Part shown: positions 40,260-51,400 of the stretch, piece by piece | How positions within the stretch are numbered: the stretch's first letter is position 1 | How the letters are laid out: each line of letters begins with the position of its first letter | Source: Lama guanicoe | Lineage: Eukaryota | DNA length: 64,000 nt | Direction: 5' to 3' | NCBI GenBank assembly: GCA_013239625.1 | Contig: MU053513.1 | Span: 2,220,927-2,284,926 of the forward strand | Program-made: the position numbers and the translations under genes | Notes under the pieces: model-generated | What the model saw: the letters and a program-made list of their open reading frames with translations, nothing else | Databases searched by the model: none | What the model was told of the DNA's origin: nothing

Positions 40260-43060
40260 CATTCTTTGACATCTGCTGATTCAGTCCTTTTCCCAGTCTC
40301 TTTTTTTTTTTGTTTTTTTTGTTACTGCTGGTTTCTGTGCACATGAAGTAAAGGCCATTGTTAATGGGAATCTTGGAAGCCAAAAATCTCTAAAGATAGG
40401 TGGGTACGGGTCAGACATTTAAAAACTGTTGGAGCACTCGCCACCTAACCTAAAGACTCCCATGCTAGGGTACGTTGGTCATGGAATGGGTTAGGTTGAC
40501 ACATGGGACACTTGCCAACCTCAAGAAGATTTCGAGCAACAAGCTACACAGTTCCCTGCCCCAAGTCCCTCTTAGGTATTAGTTTGGCTCTGAGAGGACC
40601 AAGGGCCTAACTAAAAGAAATATGATTGTTTATGTCCAAATAGTTGAGCACTCTGCCTTCCGACACACCTGCTTATTTTATTTTTAAGAACTATGATCCT
40701 GGAAGCTGCAATTATTTAGCAAAATGGCAAAGTTTTACTAAAATCAACCTGGAATTACATTGGCCATTAAGGAGGAACGTTCCAAATAGATAAGGTCATT
40801 TAAAAAGTTCACTTAAAATCCAGGGCTCCCCAGTCACACAGACCAAATGGAATACCTATTTTGAGGAGTATGCAGAAGTTGCCAGAAGCTTTCAAAGTTC
40901 CAAAATAACTTTGTTAAAAGATTTGTTGCAAAAGGCTAATGAAAAATTAAAGACACAAAAGGTATCTAAAACCATGCCTAGGCCTCCCCCATTTACCTTT
41001 TTAGGGCTCATTATCAAAACATTGGCCCAGAGATCAATGTTTAAATTGTAATCAACCAAGACATTGAAAAAGAGATTATTGTCAAGGCCCTATGCAAAAT
41101 TTTCAATATCAACTTACATGCTCATATGGGCCCCTCATAGAGTTCATTGAAAAGGAGGGATTTTTTGGGTACATTGCTAAATTCCCTTAAACATTTAGAG
41201 GAACTAAAATTATTTAAAGCCTAGTAAGAATTTTTTTTAGATCTAATACTCTAAGCTAGATATACCCAGAGAAAGAAACATTCCAACAATCCTCAAATCT
41301 CCTCTGTTTATCTCAAAATACTTGTAGATATTGGGCCTTTGGAAACAGAATTGTTCTGCCCTTAATTTGTGTCTTTGTGATATAGATTTCCTATCCGCAT
41401 CTTTTCTGGGACTTAAGAGCCGTTCTTTGAAATGCAGTTGTTTCTCATAAAAAAAAAAAAAGGGAAACAATATTTGGAAATTTGGCTGATAAAAATATCT
41501 TAAGGGTCTTCTCCACAAGTCTTGGTAACTATAAGTTCTGTTTGTATCACTACATGTATGTTGTAGGTATGTGATACATATATATATATATCACACACAC
41601 ACATATGTATATATTTTTACCTCTGGATGGTATTGCAAAATTATTTTGTGAAAGAGCTCTATTTAGGTGGTTTGAAGACAAACTTGTAAAGATTGGGCAT
41701 TCCAAAGTTCTCAGAAATATAGCAGAAACTGACTAAAATGTTCTTCAAGATCATGTGATCTAAGATAATCTTCAGTAAATAAAAGCTAGTTTAAGGTTTT
41801 TGGCTTAACTAAAATAGACACGTCCTTGGAGTTATCAGTAGTAAATATAAGACTTTTATTTTACCTAGACTTGCAAATTTGTCAGCAAGAAAAATAACTG
41901 GGTATAATGAAATTTTCATAAGTAATTAAATAATGGTTAAGAGCAAGTAAACTGAATAAATGTAAGTAGGCTAAAAAGTTTTTAGTCAAACTTTTCAAAT
42001 TAGTTTCCCAAATCTTTTTAATAACCTGAAACCTTAAAGTTTTGCTAAGATTAAATTAAATGCTAGAAATTTATTGAATATCTAGATCTTCCAAAATTAG
42101 AAAAAATACTGAACTATTAGTTACTGCACATAGGTTTACCTCCTTTTGGTTTCTTATTATAGAGAAACTAAAGATAAATTTGGATTTATTAGTAAGCTTG
42201 TTTGGTGCCATGCTGAGAAATTTTCTATCAGAAAGCACGTTTCCAGAAGTTATAAAAAGGTATTTATAATTTTGCCGAGCTGTAGAATGCTAATGTAAGA
42301 GATAGTGCATAATTGTTTACTTCCTAAATTTTCTTTAGAAATTAAGGTTTTTAAAGGTTTAAAATTCTAGTAATGTAATTAATGCTATTAGAAATAATCT
42401 GGGAAACATCTCCATATGCAAGGAGAAGCAGGATGTGCTTTTGGCTAAGAGAAGGTGTGAGGAGTAAAGATGCATTTGTGTTAAGGGAAGTGAAGATAAT
42501 TCTGTCTAAACTTAGAACTTTGGTTATACAGGACAAATTAAAGGTATACAGAAGGTTGAAGAGAGAGAATTTTACCTTGTGTCATCACTGGTTATATTGA
42601 ATCGTTATTATAAAGCTGGTTTAAATTGATTTGTCGTTGTAATGGTTTTAAAAATTAATCTTGATTATCAATAGTGTACTTCTGTAAAACTAGAATGTTC
42701 CATGTGCACTTGAAAAGAATGTGTAAAGCTAGAACTTAAGTTTTTTCATCTGCTAAACCGACAATTAAGTATTGTTTTGTATGGTTCTGTGATCCTGTTT
42801 CTTCAAGTGTCCAAACCTTTCATATCTTTGACAAACTTCCCCAAAACAAGATAGTAAAACTGAACTCTTTTGACCTCAACCATCTTTGAAGTTTTTCAGA
42901 GGATGCCTAGAACATTTCAAAGGATGTGTTTCCTCTCCTTATAAAAAGGAAGATGTTAAACTAATTAGGCTTATTTCTTATGTTAAATTACACGGGAAAT
43001 GTTGTCAAAAAAGAAGTAACATTAAGCCTTCTTTATGCAGGGTCTGTATGAAACTCTTGG
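40260..43060 (+). mobile_element. ERV1-class (MER34/MER4-group-like) internal remnant with decayed gag N-terminus; no LTR recognised
   Basis: 40662-40803 translates DTPAYFIFKNYDPGSCNYLAKWQSFTKINLELHWPL/(fs)GTFQIDKVI*, resembling a gag matrix region. An AT-rich non-coding internal segment typical of this group follows (aagagctctattta..., taaataaaagctagtttaagg). Confidence 0.7.
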
Positions 43061-43917
43061 AAGTCTGATATATCCTGGTATATATGACAGACATGGCAAC
43101 CACGAGCATATTTGGTTCATGCCAGATGAACCTGTTAGGGACTGGACCAAATACCAAGGACCATTTGGCAGGGACCAAATGTCCTGCAAGGGTCCTTGGT
43201 AATTTGCTGATGTGGAATATCAGCGATAAGATTAACATAAAAGCTGTTGTGAGATCTGTGTGGTGATGAACTTGTGGTTTTCAGAGTATTCTTTGGAGCA
43301 TGAGTGTCTTGAGGTGCTTTAGGTTTATTTTCATCATGGGTAAACTAGGAACGTTATATAGAATGGTTTACACAGGTTCACAGCAGGAGAGCAAGGGGGA
43401 TACTATGCTTTAGCTTCCTGCTGTCCAGAGCATCTCTGCTTTCATCTTTGTTATATATTGGGCTACTATGTAATATTTTATTTGAATTTAAAGTTTGAAT
43501 GAAGCGTCATGATTACAAAATGTTTAAAAAACTGTTCTGATAGAGCATCCCACTGAGATGGATACAGATGCAGAAAAAAAAAAGCAGTTCGATTGTCAGA
43601 GTGTTGATGAGTTCTCATAAATTTAAAGGGTCAGGATATACTTGGTAGCACAATATTAAAAAAGAGTGAATGTTTTTTCCCTCCCTGGTCAGCGTCTAGT
43701 TTTATCACCTATTTCTAATGTCTATATGGCTTTCTTAGAATGTCAAATATTATAATAGCAGTGAAACTTTAATCTTTAGAAGCAGTAGCTTCTTTAGGTT
43801 GGGAGAGTTTTAAAAATATACTGCAGTCTACCATATTGTGTTAATGGATTTAATAAAAATTGTATCTATATGTAGGCATGTGTGTATTTATTATTGTTAT
43901 ATATATGTGTTTTTCAG

Positions 43918-44090
43918 TTTCAGGTATGCCCCAAAAGTCTGTGTGTGTCTACTCCTGGACATCGCACGGATCTTTTTCAGAGGGATCCTAAAAACGTCCT
44001 GATAACTGATTTCTTTGGAAGTGTACGGAAAGTGGAAATTACAACAGAGACTATTAGTTTGCAGCCAGATTCAAGAATCATGGAAAGCAG
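43918..44090 (+). CDS. PIGK: PIGK coding exon 9
   Basis: ttttcag|TTT..., FQVCPKSLCVSTPGHRTDLFQRDPKNVLITDFFGSVRKVEITTETISLQPDSRIMES plus AG, donor CAG|gtattc. Confidence 0.96.
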
Positions 44091-47000
44091 GTATTCGTCT
44101 TAAATTATTATTCAGATAGAGTATTCTGATCTCATGGTTTGTAAATTTTTATGTAACATAATATCGAGAGATGAAAATTGGTATTTATAAATAAAGTCAC
44201 ATTTCTACCCATTCTTCATTTTATGTGGGCCCTGTGCTTTTCGAATTTATGGGCAAAAGCTATAAATATCAACGGGAAGCTAAGATCATGATTAGGATTA
44301 TGTTGTAGATCCAAAATACAATGTTTGTAGTAGTGTGAATTCAGACTTGCCAAAAAGGGCTAAAACTTTCCCACAAGTGTCTCAGAAATGTAAATAGAGG
44401 TGTATATAATGATTCAGAAGACCTTCTGATGGGGCAGGTATGTGACCACTGCAAACATTAATACTCCTTATTGAACGTGTATGTTGCCACCTATTGTAGT
44501 AGAAGGTATTAAGGGGTGTGACTTGAATGGGGAAGTCGGCAGCTGGGCATTTAGAGTGTAATAGGCCCTAGGAACCTGGCAGATGCCAGGCAGATAAACA
44601 CAAAGGGGAAGTGAGTGCCAAGAGAACATAGGTGCCAAACGTATACTTCAAACTGTGACACAGTGCCTCCATTTCCAGAATTTCTCTGGGCTCTGGCAGT
44701 CTGATTAGTTCTCTGCCATGTATTTTGGTTCCTGGAGTCTGGGTGATTTGTAGCTTGATTCTGTCCCATCTCTGGCTTTTCCCTCATGTTGTCTTCTTTT
44801 GAACAGCGTATCTGGGGCTCCTGTAAATTTGAGGTGGCCCTCCATCAACACGTGCCACTGTTTAGGATTTCTTTGGGGACTCCTGGTTATTAATTAGGGA
44901 AAGAAATGAGAAGGGAAGGTATAAGCCAGGTACTCCCCTCTTGGGGACTGAATTGTCTGTGAGTGAGCAGTAAGTGTACGTGTGGGTGAGAGAGAGAGAG
45001 ACTGAGAGAAACTGGTTGATTTTATGGATTTAAAATTTAGAAATATTTATAATGACCTGCTTATTTTTTTCTCTGTAAATATTTTTAAAGGCAAAATACT
45101 TTGTTAGAAATACGTAGTGTCTCAGTTAATAGCCACTTTCTTGAAATATGTAGATGATGTCTTTTAGTAGTCATTAAGCTTTGTTATTTGTGATTGTTTA
45201 ATACTCTGTACTGGAAACTCATACTCCAGCGTACTTTTCTGGATTGGCAAATGGCAACATAAAAATTACTCTCAATTTTGAAAGTTCTAAAGATTTATAA
45301 TTGAGCTTGTGAATGCTTTAGAAATAAATTCAAAAACTAGCATCAAATGCATTTCTTATGAAGATTTAACATTTGTATTATTATCAATATTTCCTATTCT
45401 TGGTATTCAAAGCTTTGGATTTTTTTCTTTTTCAATTTTCTATAGCTGTTGGCTTAAAAAGTATTTTCTTGAGACAGCAGATGATACTCGAAAGCAGTAT
45501 CACTTTTATTTATTATTTAAATACTGAGTTTCATATTACTTTTATAAGATAGCTAAACTAAACTGTATCTTAATACTTAGCAACTAAAGTTAAAATTGAG
45601 CTAGTGTATGTCTTACCAAATTCATTTTGTAATTGCCCTTGAACTTAAGCCTGTAAGATATAAGATATGATGCACCTTCTCTTAATCATCTGAATATTGC
45701 ATTCATTTCCTTTATAGGCGGGGACCATCTTTATACTACTTCTGTACTTATTTTCTATTCTTTCCACTTAACATAATATTAAGTATGTAATAATTATATA
45801 ATAAAAATGCTTTCAGTGAAATTCTAGCAAGTTTTATTAATATATTCTGGAAAGATGGAATTTTGTCTCATGAAGTATTTCCATGTATTAGTTTGAAAGC
45901 AAAAAACTGTTGGTACTGACAATTATTTTCATTTACCTTTAATCAAGGAGAAAATTATTTTAAGCGTTTAAGCCGTAGATACCAGGCACTGTTGAATTAG
46001 AGCGCCCTCTAGTGTTTAAAAATAAGCTTTATTTAGAACATTGCTTAACAGATGGTTTCTTAATTACTGCTGTGGGTTTTCCAATTAATTTAGGAGGATT
46101 AAGTTACCAACATGTTCCAGGAATTTTTACATGAATGATACAAATATTACCTCGTATGTAGGTTCTATTTATATGCAAATATGAATGGCAGTTGGATGTT
46201 TGTTTAGAGAAAAGTATATTCATGAGAGATCAGATATCATGTAAAGCTACTTTATTAAGGACATTATGGTATGTATATATATTTTTTCTTAGATTAAAAA
46301 TATCAGTACGGTCACTGTTATGAAAATTGGCAGTTAAACCTTTAAAAATATTACTTTCTACCTATATGGAAAACAATGGAGCTCATTTGTTCAGATTGTC
46401 CATATTTCATATTTTGTATATTAGAGGAACCCAAACTAAAATCAGTTATGATGGAGAACATTAGTACATAAAATTGGCCTAAGTAACTATATGAAATAAT
46501 TGGTTTTCATATGTCTTCTGAAACTTAGATATTGAGTAAGGTATAGTCGTATGTTTAGAAACAACACTTGTTTCTGCGCATGTCTTAACTAATTGTGTTT
46601 TTTCATTTATTTGCAAGAACAAATGATGTGAAAGAAGGACTTAGCTTATATAACTTCGTTCCAAACTGCTTTGTCTGAGTGTACATAGGTTGACTTTTGT
46701 TCAGTACGCAGACAAAAAAACAGCCTGCCTTCCTCAAAGAGTTGGGCTTTCTAGAATCTGGTAATAAGTCCTTGTCAGCGTTACTGACTCCTAACTATAT
46801 AGGGAAAATAGCCTTTAGCTTGAGAATATAAAAATACAGGCACCAAAATGCAGAAGTCAATTCCGTAGGCATTGCCCAAGAAAAAATTAGAATCCAGGAC
46901 AATAGGAACTGGAGACTCCCAGCTTTTATCTTGGTTGTTTCTTTCTCTCTTGAGGCAGTCTTTAGCAACTGAAAAATTTTGAGTCTAGAAGGAAATTTGA

Positions 47001-47214
47001 GACTGGACTCTTTTCTTACAGATTTCTTACCAATCTCTAACAGAGGGTCAAAAATGGGCTTATCAAGGTCAGTGTGTGTTTTGAATACCAGAGTAGGACT
47101 CTTTCAGAGGCTTGGTAAGGAAGTGCCCACCACATATGGGAGGTCAAAGGTCAGACAGTTGCTGCCTCAGTCGTCAGATTTTGAGCCTTTTCTTATGTGC
47201 TTCTTGCTTTATGT

Positions 47215-47700
47215 AACACATTATCTAGGACCGTTGGTTTGTAAATAATAGAATCCAACCTGAACTAGCATTATTTCCTTAAAGATATTTATTTATACAG
47301 ATATTTGGTGTTTTATGGAACCCAAGGGTAGGCTCCAGTAAAAGACTGGAATCAGGAACCAGAAATCAATCAGAAAGGTGGGCAGTACTCTTTCCATCTC
47401 CCTGTTCCCTGCTGCTCTGGCCATGTAGGGCATAGAATGTGTACAGACTACTCTTCTGGAGATTTGTATCTATTCTGTTTATGATGAAGCCCAGATACAG
47501 AAATAACTTGCTCAGTCCCTATTTTAAGCTCCCCAGAGGGCTTCTTGGTTAGCTCAGCTTGAGTCAAAGCCCACCTCTGACCCAGGTGGGCAGTAACGGG
47601 ATCATTTAACACAAAATCACTACTGAGGAACCCATCCCATGTGGATAAGATGAAACCCCCCAAAAGGGGCTTGGGAGCTTGGCAGACACCTTGAAGGAAA
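47215..47700 (-). mobile_element. Old MLT1-type LTR
   Basis: ttggtttgtaaataatagaatccaacctgaactagc ... ttggttagctcagcttgagtca ... gcttggcagaca. Confidence 0.6.
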
Positions 47701-47714
47701 ATCTCATTTAAAAA

Positions 47715-47885
47715 ATCATAAATTAATCTCATTTAGTTTTCATGATAACTTTATGAAGCATGTGTAATTTCCCCATTATACAGATGAGTAAAGTGAGGCT
47801 GAGAAAGGTTAAGAAACCTGCCTAAAGTCACACATCTAACAAATGGTGAAGCCAAGATATGAATCCAGGAGTGCTTTCTGCCTCT
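47715..47885 (-). mobile_element. MIRb SINE
   Basis: ccccattatacagatgagtaaagtgaggctgagaaaggttaag. Confidence 0.85.
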
Positions 47886-47899
47886 AAAAATATATATAT

Positions 47900-49950
47900 A
47901 TATTCTTATTTTATTATTTTATAATTTACTCTGAGTTATAAATGATAGCTCAATGAGTTATCACAAAGCAACTGCTCATATAATGACCAGAAAAAGAACT
48001 AGAACAATGCTGGTACACCAGAAGTTTCCTGAACCCTTGTGCCCCTTCTCAATACTGCCCTCTCAGTCCCCCTCACAGTTCACCATTATACTAATTTTTA
48101 TGGAATTTACTTTCTTGCTCTTCATTTTAGTTACATCATCTAAACATGTATCCCTGTACATTATATTTTGACTCTTTTGCTAATACTGTGTTTTTGGTTA
48201 AGTTGTTATATGCAGCTATAGTTTTTTTTTTTGAGTTTTTAAAAATTAAGGTACAATTTACTTAGAGTAAAATTACCCTTTTTGGTACATAGTTCTGAGT
48301 TTTGACAAATGCATACACTTTGATGATCACCATGCCAGTTCATCACTACAACAAAGTTCCTTACACCCCTTTTTATACAATGTCTCCCTCATATCCCTGG
48401 AAGCCACTGATCTGTTTTCTGTCTCTACAGTATTGCCTTTTCTGGAATGTCATATAGAAGGAGTCATACATTCTGTACTCTTTTGAGTCTAGCTTCTTTT
48501 ACTGGTGTAATGCATGTCAGAGTCATACCTGTTGTCACATGTATCAGTAGTTTGTTCCTTTTTTTGCTGAGGTACAGCTTATCCACTCACCAATTGGAAG
48601 ACATTTCTTTTTGCCCCCTCAGTTTTCTGCAGGTAGGAAGAAAGCCACTGTAAACATTCGCATACAAGCATAAATTTTCACTTCACTTGAGTAAGTATAT
48701 TAGACTAGATTTGCTGGGTGGTATGGAGGTACATGTTTAAACTTTAAGAAACTTCCAAACTGTTTTCCATAGTCACTGTACCATTTTGCATTTCCACAAA
48801 TAGTTGTTCCACATCTTAATTGCACTTGGTATTGGTCTTTTTAACTTTGGCAGTTCTAGTAGTAATTTCTCATTATGATTTTAATTTGCATACCCCTGAT
48901 AATAAGGACGTTGAGCATCATTTCATGTGCTTATTGGTCATTCATAATGTTTTATGAAGTGTCTATTCAAGTCTTTTGCTCGATTTTTGAAAATTGAGTT
49001 TGTTCTCTTCCTGAATTGTAAGATTTTATATATTCTGTGTACGAGTTCTTTCTTAGGTATATGTATTACAAATATTTTTTCTTAATCTTTAGTTTGCCTT
49101 TCATATTCTTAATGTCTTTTGAAAAGTAGGAGATTTAATGTTGATGTCCATTTATCAGTTTTTCCTTTATGTTTAATGCCCATTGTGCAAGTGTTTTTAA
49201 CCTAAATCAAAGTCACAAGGATGTTCTTTTATTTTCTTCTAAAAGTTTTATAGTTTTAGCTTTTATGTTTAGATGTTGATTTATTTTGAATTAATTTTTG
49301 AGTATAGTGTTAGGTAGGGGTTGTGGTTCACTTTTTTCCATATAGATATCTAATTATTCCAGCACCATGAATTGAAAAGATTGAATTCCTTATTGAATTA
49401 TGTTGGTGCCTTTGTCAAAAATCACACAATCATGTATGAGTGGATCTATTTCTGGACTGTTTCCAATTGCACTGAACTGTATTTCTGTTTATACCAGTAT
49501 TACACTGTCTTGATTGTTTTAGGTTTATAAGTCTTGAAATCAGGTTGTGTAAGTCCTGAATCAGTTTTTCTTTTTCAAGGTTCTTTTGGCTAGTCTAGAT
49601 GCTTTGTGTTTCCATACAAATTTTAGAATCAGCTTGTCAATTTCTAAAAAAAAAGCCTGCAGGATCTGATTTGGGTTGGATTGACTCCATATATTAATTT
49701 GAGAAATATAGACACCTTAACAACATTGAATCCTCTGATCCGTGAATATATCACTGCATTTATCTAGATCTCCTATAATTTCTCTCTGCATTGTTTTTTA
49801 GTTTTCAGTATAGACGTCTTCCACACTTTTCATTAAATTTATTCCTAAGTAGTTTTGGTTTTGATGCCATTTAAAGTGATGTTTCAAAGATTTATTTTAC
49901 ATTTGTTGCTCAAATACAGAAGTACAATTAATTTTAATGTTGACTATATT
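47900..49950 (-). mobile_element. L1 (L1MB/L1MC-type) 3'UTR and ORF2 3' part, probably two nested elements
   Basis: T-tract near 48222, ccactgatctgttttctgtctctacag, ttccaaactgttttcca, gttgagcatcatttcatgtgcttattgg, ttccagcaccat. Confidence 0.88.
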
Positions 49951-51169
49951 CTGGGATTTTATTTGATTCTGGCATTGATCAACTCCATCCCAATAAAAAT
50001 CCCAGCAGGTTTTTTTGGTAAAGATTGGCAGACTGATTTTAAAATTTATTTGGAAATGTAAAAGACCTACTAAACTATTTATTATATCACTGAACATATG
50101 AATTCTAGTCTCTATTTATAATGTTTACTAGGAAATTAAATCAAACTTAACTCATACATTTCAGTAGAAACATATGTTTTGAAATTGGGAAAAATAGATT
50201 GTGAGGCATATAAAACTTTGTGATCAATTCTCATAGTATTGACCGATTGATATGATTATGAAACTTTATGCAAAGATTCATCAGAATGGCTCAAACAATA
50301 GTTGACAGGATTTCTCCTATACTATTTTACATACTACTTTGTTTTTCAAAATGATTAATTTACTCATTGGTATAATTCTGTATTAACTCAAGCATCTTAT
50401 TTGGCCATTTTATTTTCTGTTGTTATTTATAACAGTAGTCACTATTATTCAGGACCTCATTAAAGTAGAATTTCAGAGCATAAATTAGATATGCTCTGAT
50501 TGATTTATAAAGATACCAAACCTGATAGTTAAATGATCCATTTTGTCATATTATAGACGCAAAAAGTTCTTATTGTTACAGTTTCAAAATAATATGTTGA
50601 TTATTTCATGGAAATTTTTTTTACAGAATTTATTTCACTATCCACAATTAACAAAAACATTCATTGAGTTGGTTTATGATTTTTAAGAAATCAGTGCATA
50701 TAAATAGTATAGAAGAATTTAGTATATCCTTTTGTATAAGTAAAACCTCTCTGAATATAAATTAGTAAATATGTTTATTGAGGACAGTAATTTCCAGCTA
50801 CTGTTTAATAATATTTTTAACTTTATCAAAGCAAAGTTAATTTTAATTTGAACACTAAGCATATAGAAACTAAATTTTTTAAATTTTGAAAAATCTAAAA
50901 ATGATATGGTATTATTTATAAAAATAGAACATTAGAACTTAATCCATTGGGATGGTTGAGGAATAAAATTCTGAATTATATGGAAAAGTAGATTATGGGA
51001 CCTTTAAGGTTTCTTTTAACTCTTTGATTCTGTGTTCTGTGACTCTTTTATCTTTTACTAATTGTAATATTGTTGCTTTTCTCCACTAAATTAAGGTTTA
51101 GTACCCTAAATGAGTTAAACTAACTTAATGTCTATTATCTGATGTTATAGAGGATATTACAGCATAATA

Positions 51170-51400
51170 ACCAATGACAGGGTCATTAGACTCAGTCAGC
51201 TTCTGAATTCAGAGAGTCTGCTATTTACTAGCTGTGTACCTCAGGCAAACCATTTGATTTCTTTGATTCTCAGTTTCCTCATCTGTAAAATGGGAATAGC
51301 AATTCCACTTTATAAGTTTATTAAGAGAATTAATTTTCATTTTACTTGTAAAGCCCTTCTGTGTTTAAGCATAATAAAGTGCTCAATAAGTGTTAACATT
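51170..51400 (+). mobile_element. MIR SINE
   Basis: tactagctgtgtacctcaggcaa ... ctcagtttcctcatctgtaaaatggg. Confidence 0.85.

Larger units (their letters stand above)
9220..44090 (+). other. PIGK: PIGK gene, coding exons 1-9 (GPI-anchor transamidase catalytic subunit GPI8, peptidase C13/legumain-like); 3' end outside the window
   Basis: Exons of 93+54+92+136+112+97+118+111+173 = 986 nt splice in phase without a stop. The translation matches mammalian PIGK ([34 protein letters not shown]). Confidence 0.98.

Noticed and set aside
44400..45000. GC-richer block after exon 9
   Set aside because: Probably an old LTR or other repeat that I cannot name; no coding or structural signal I can support.
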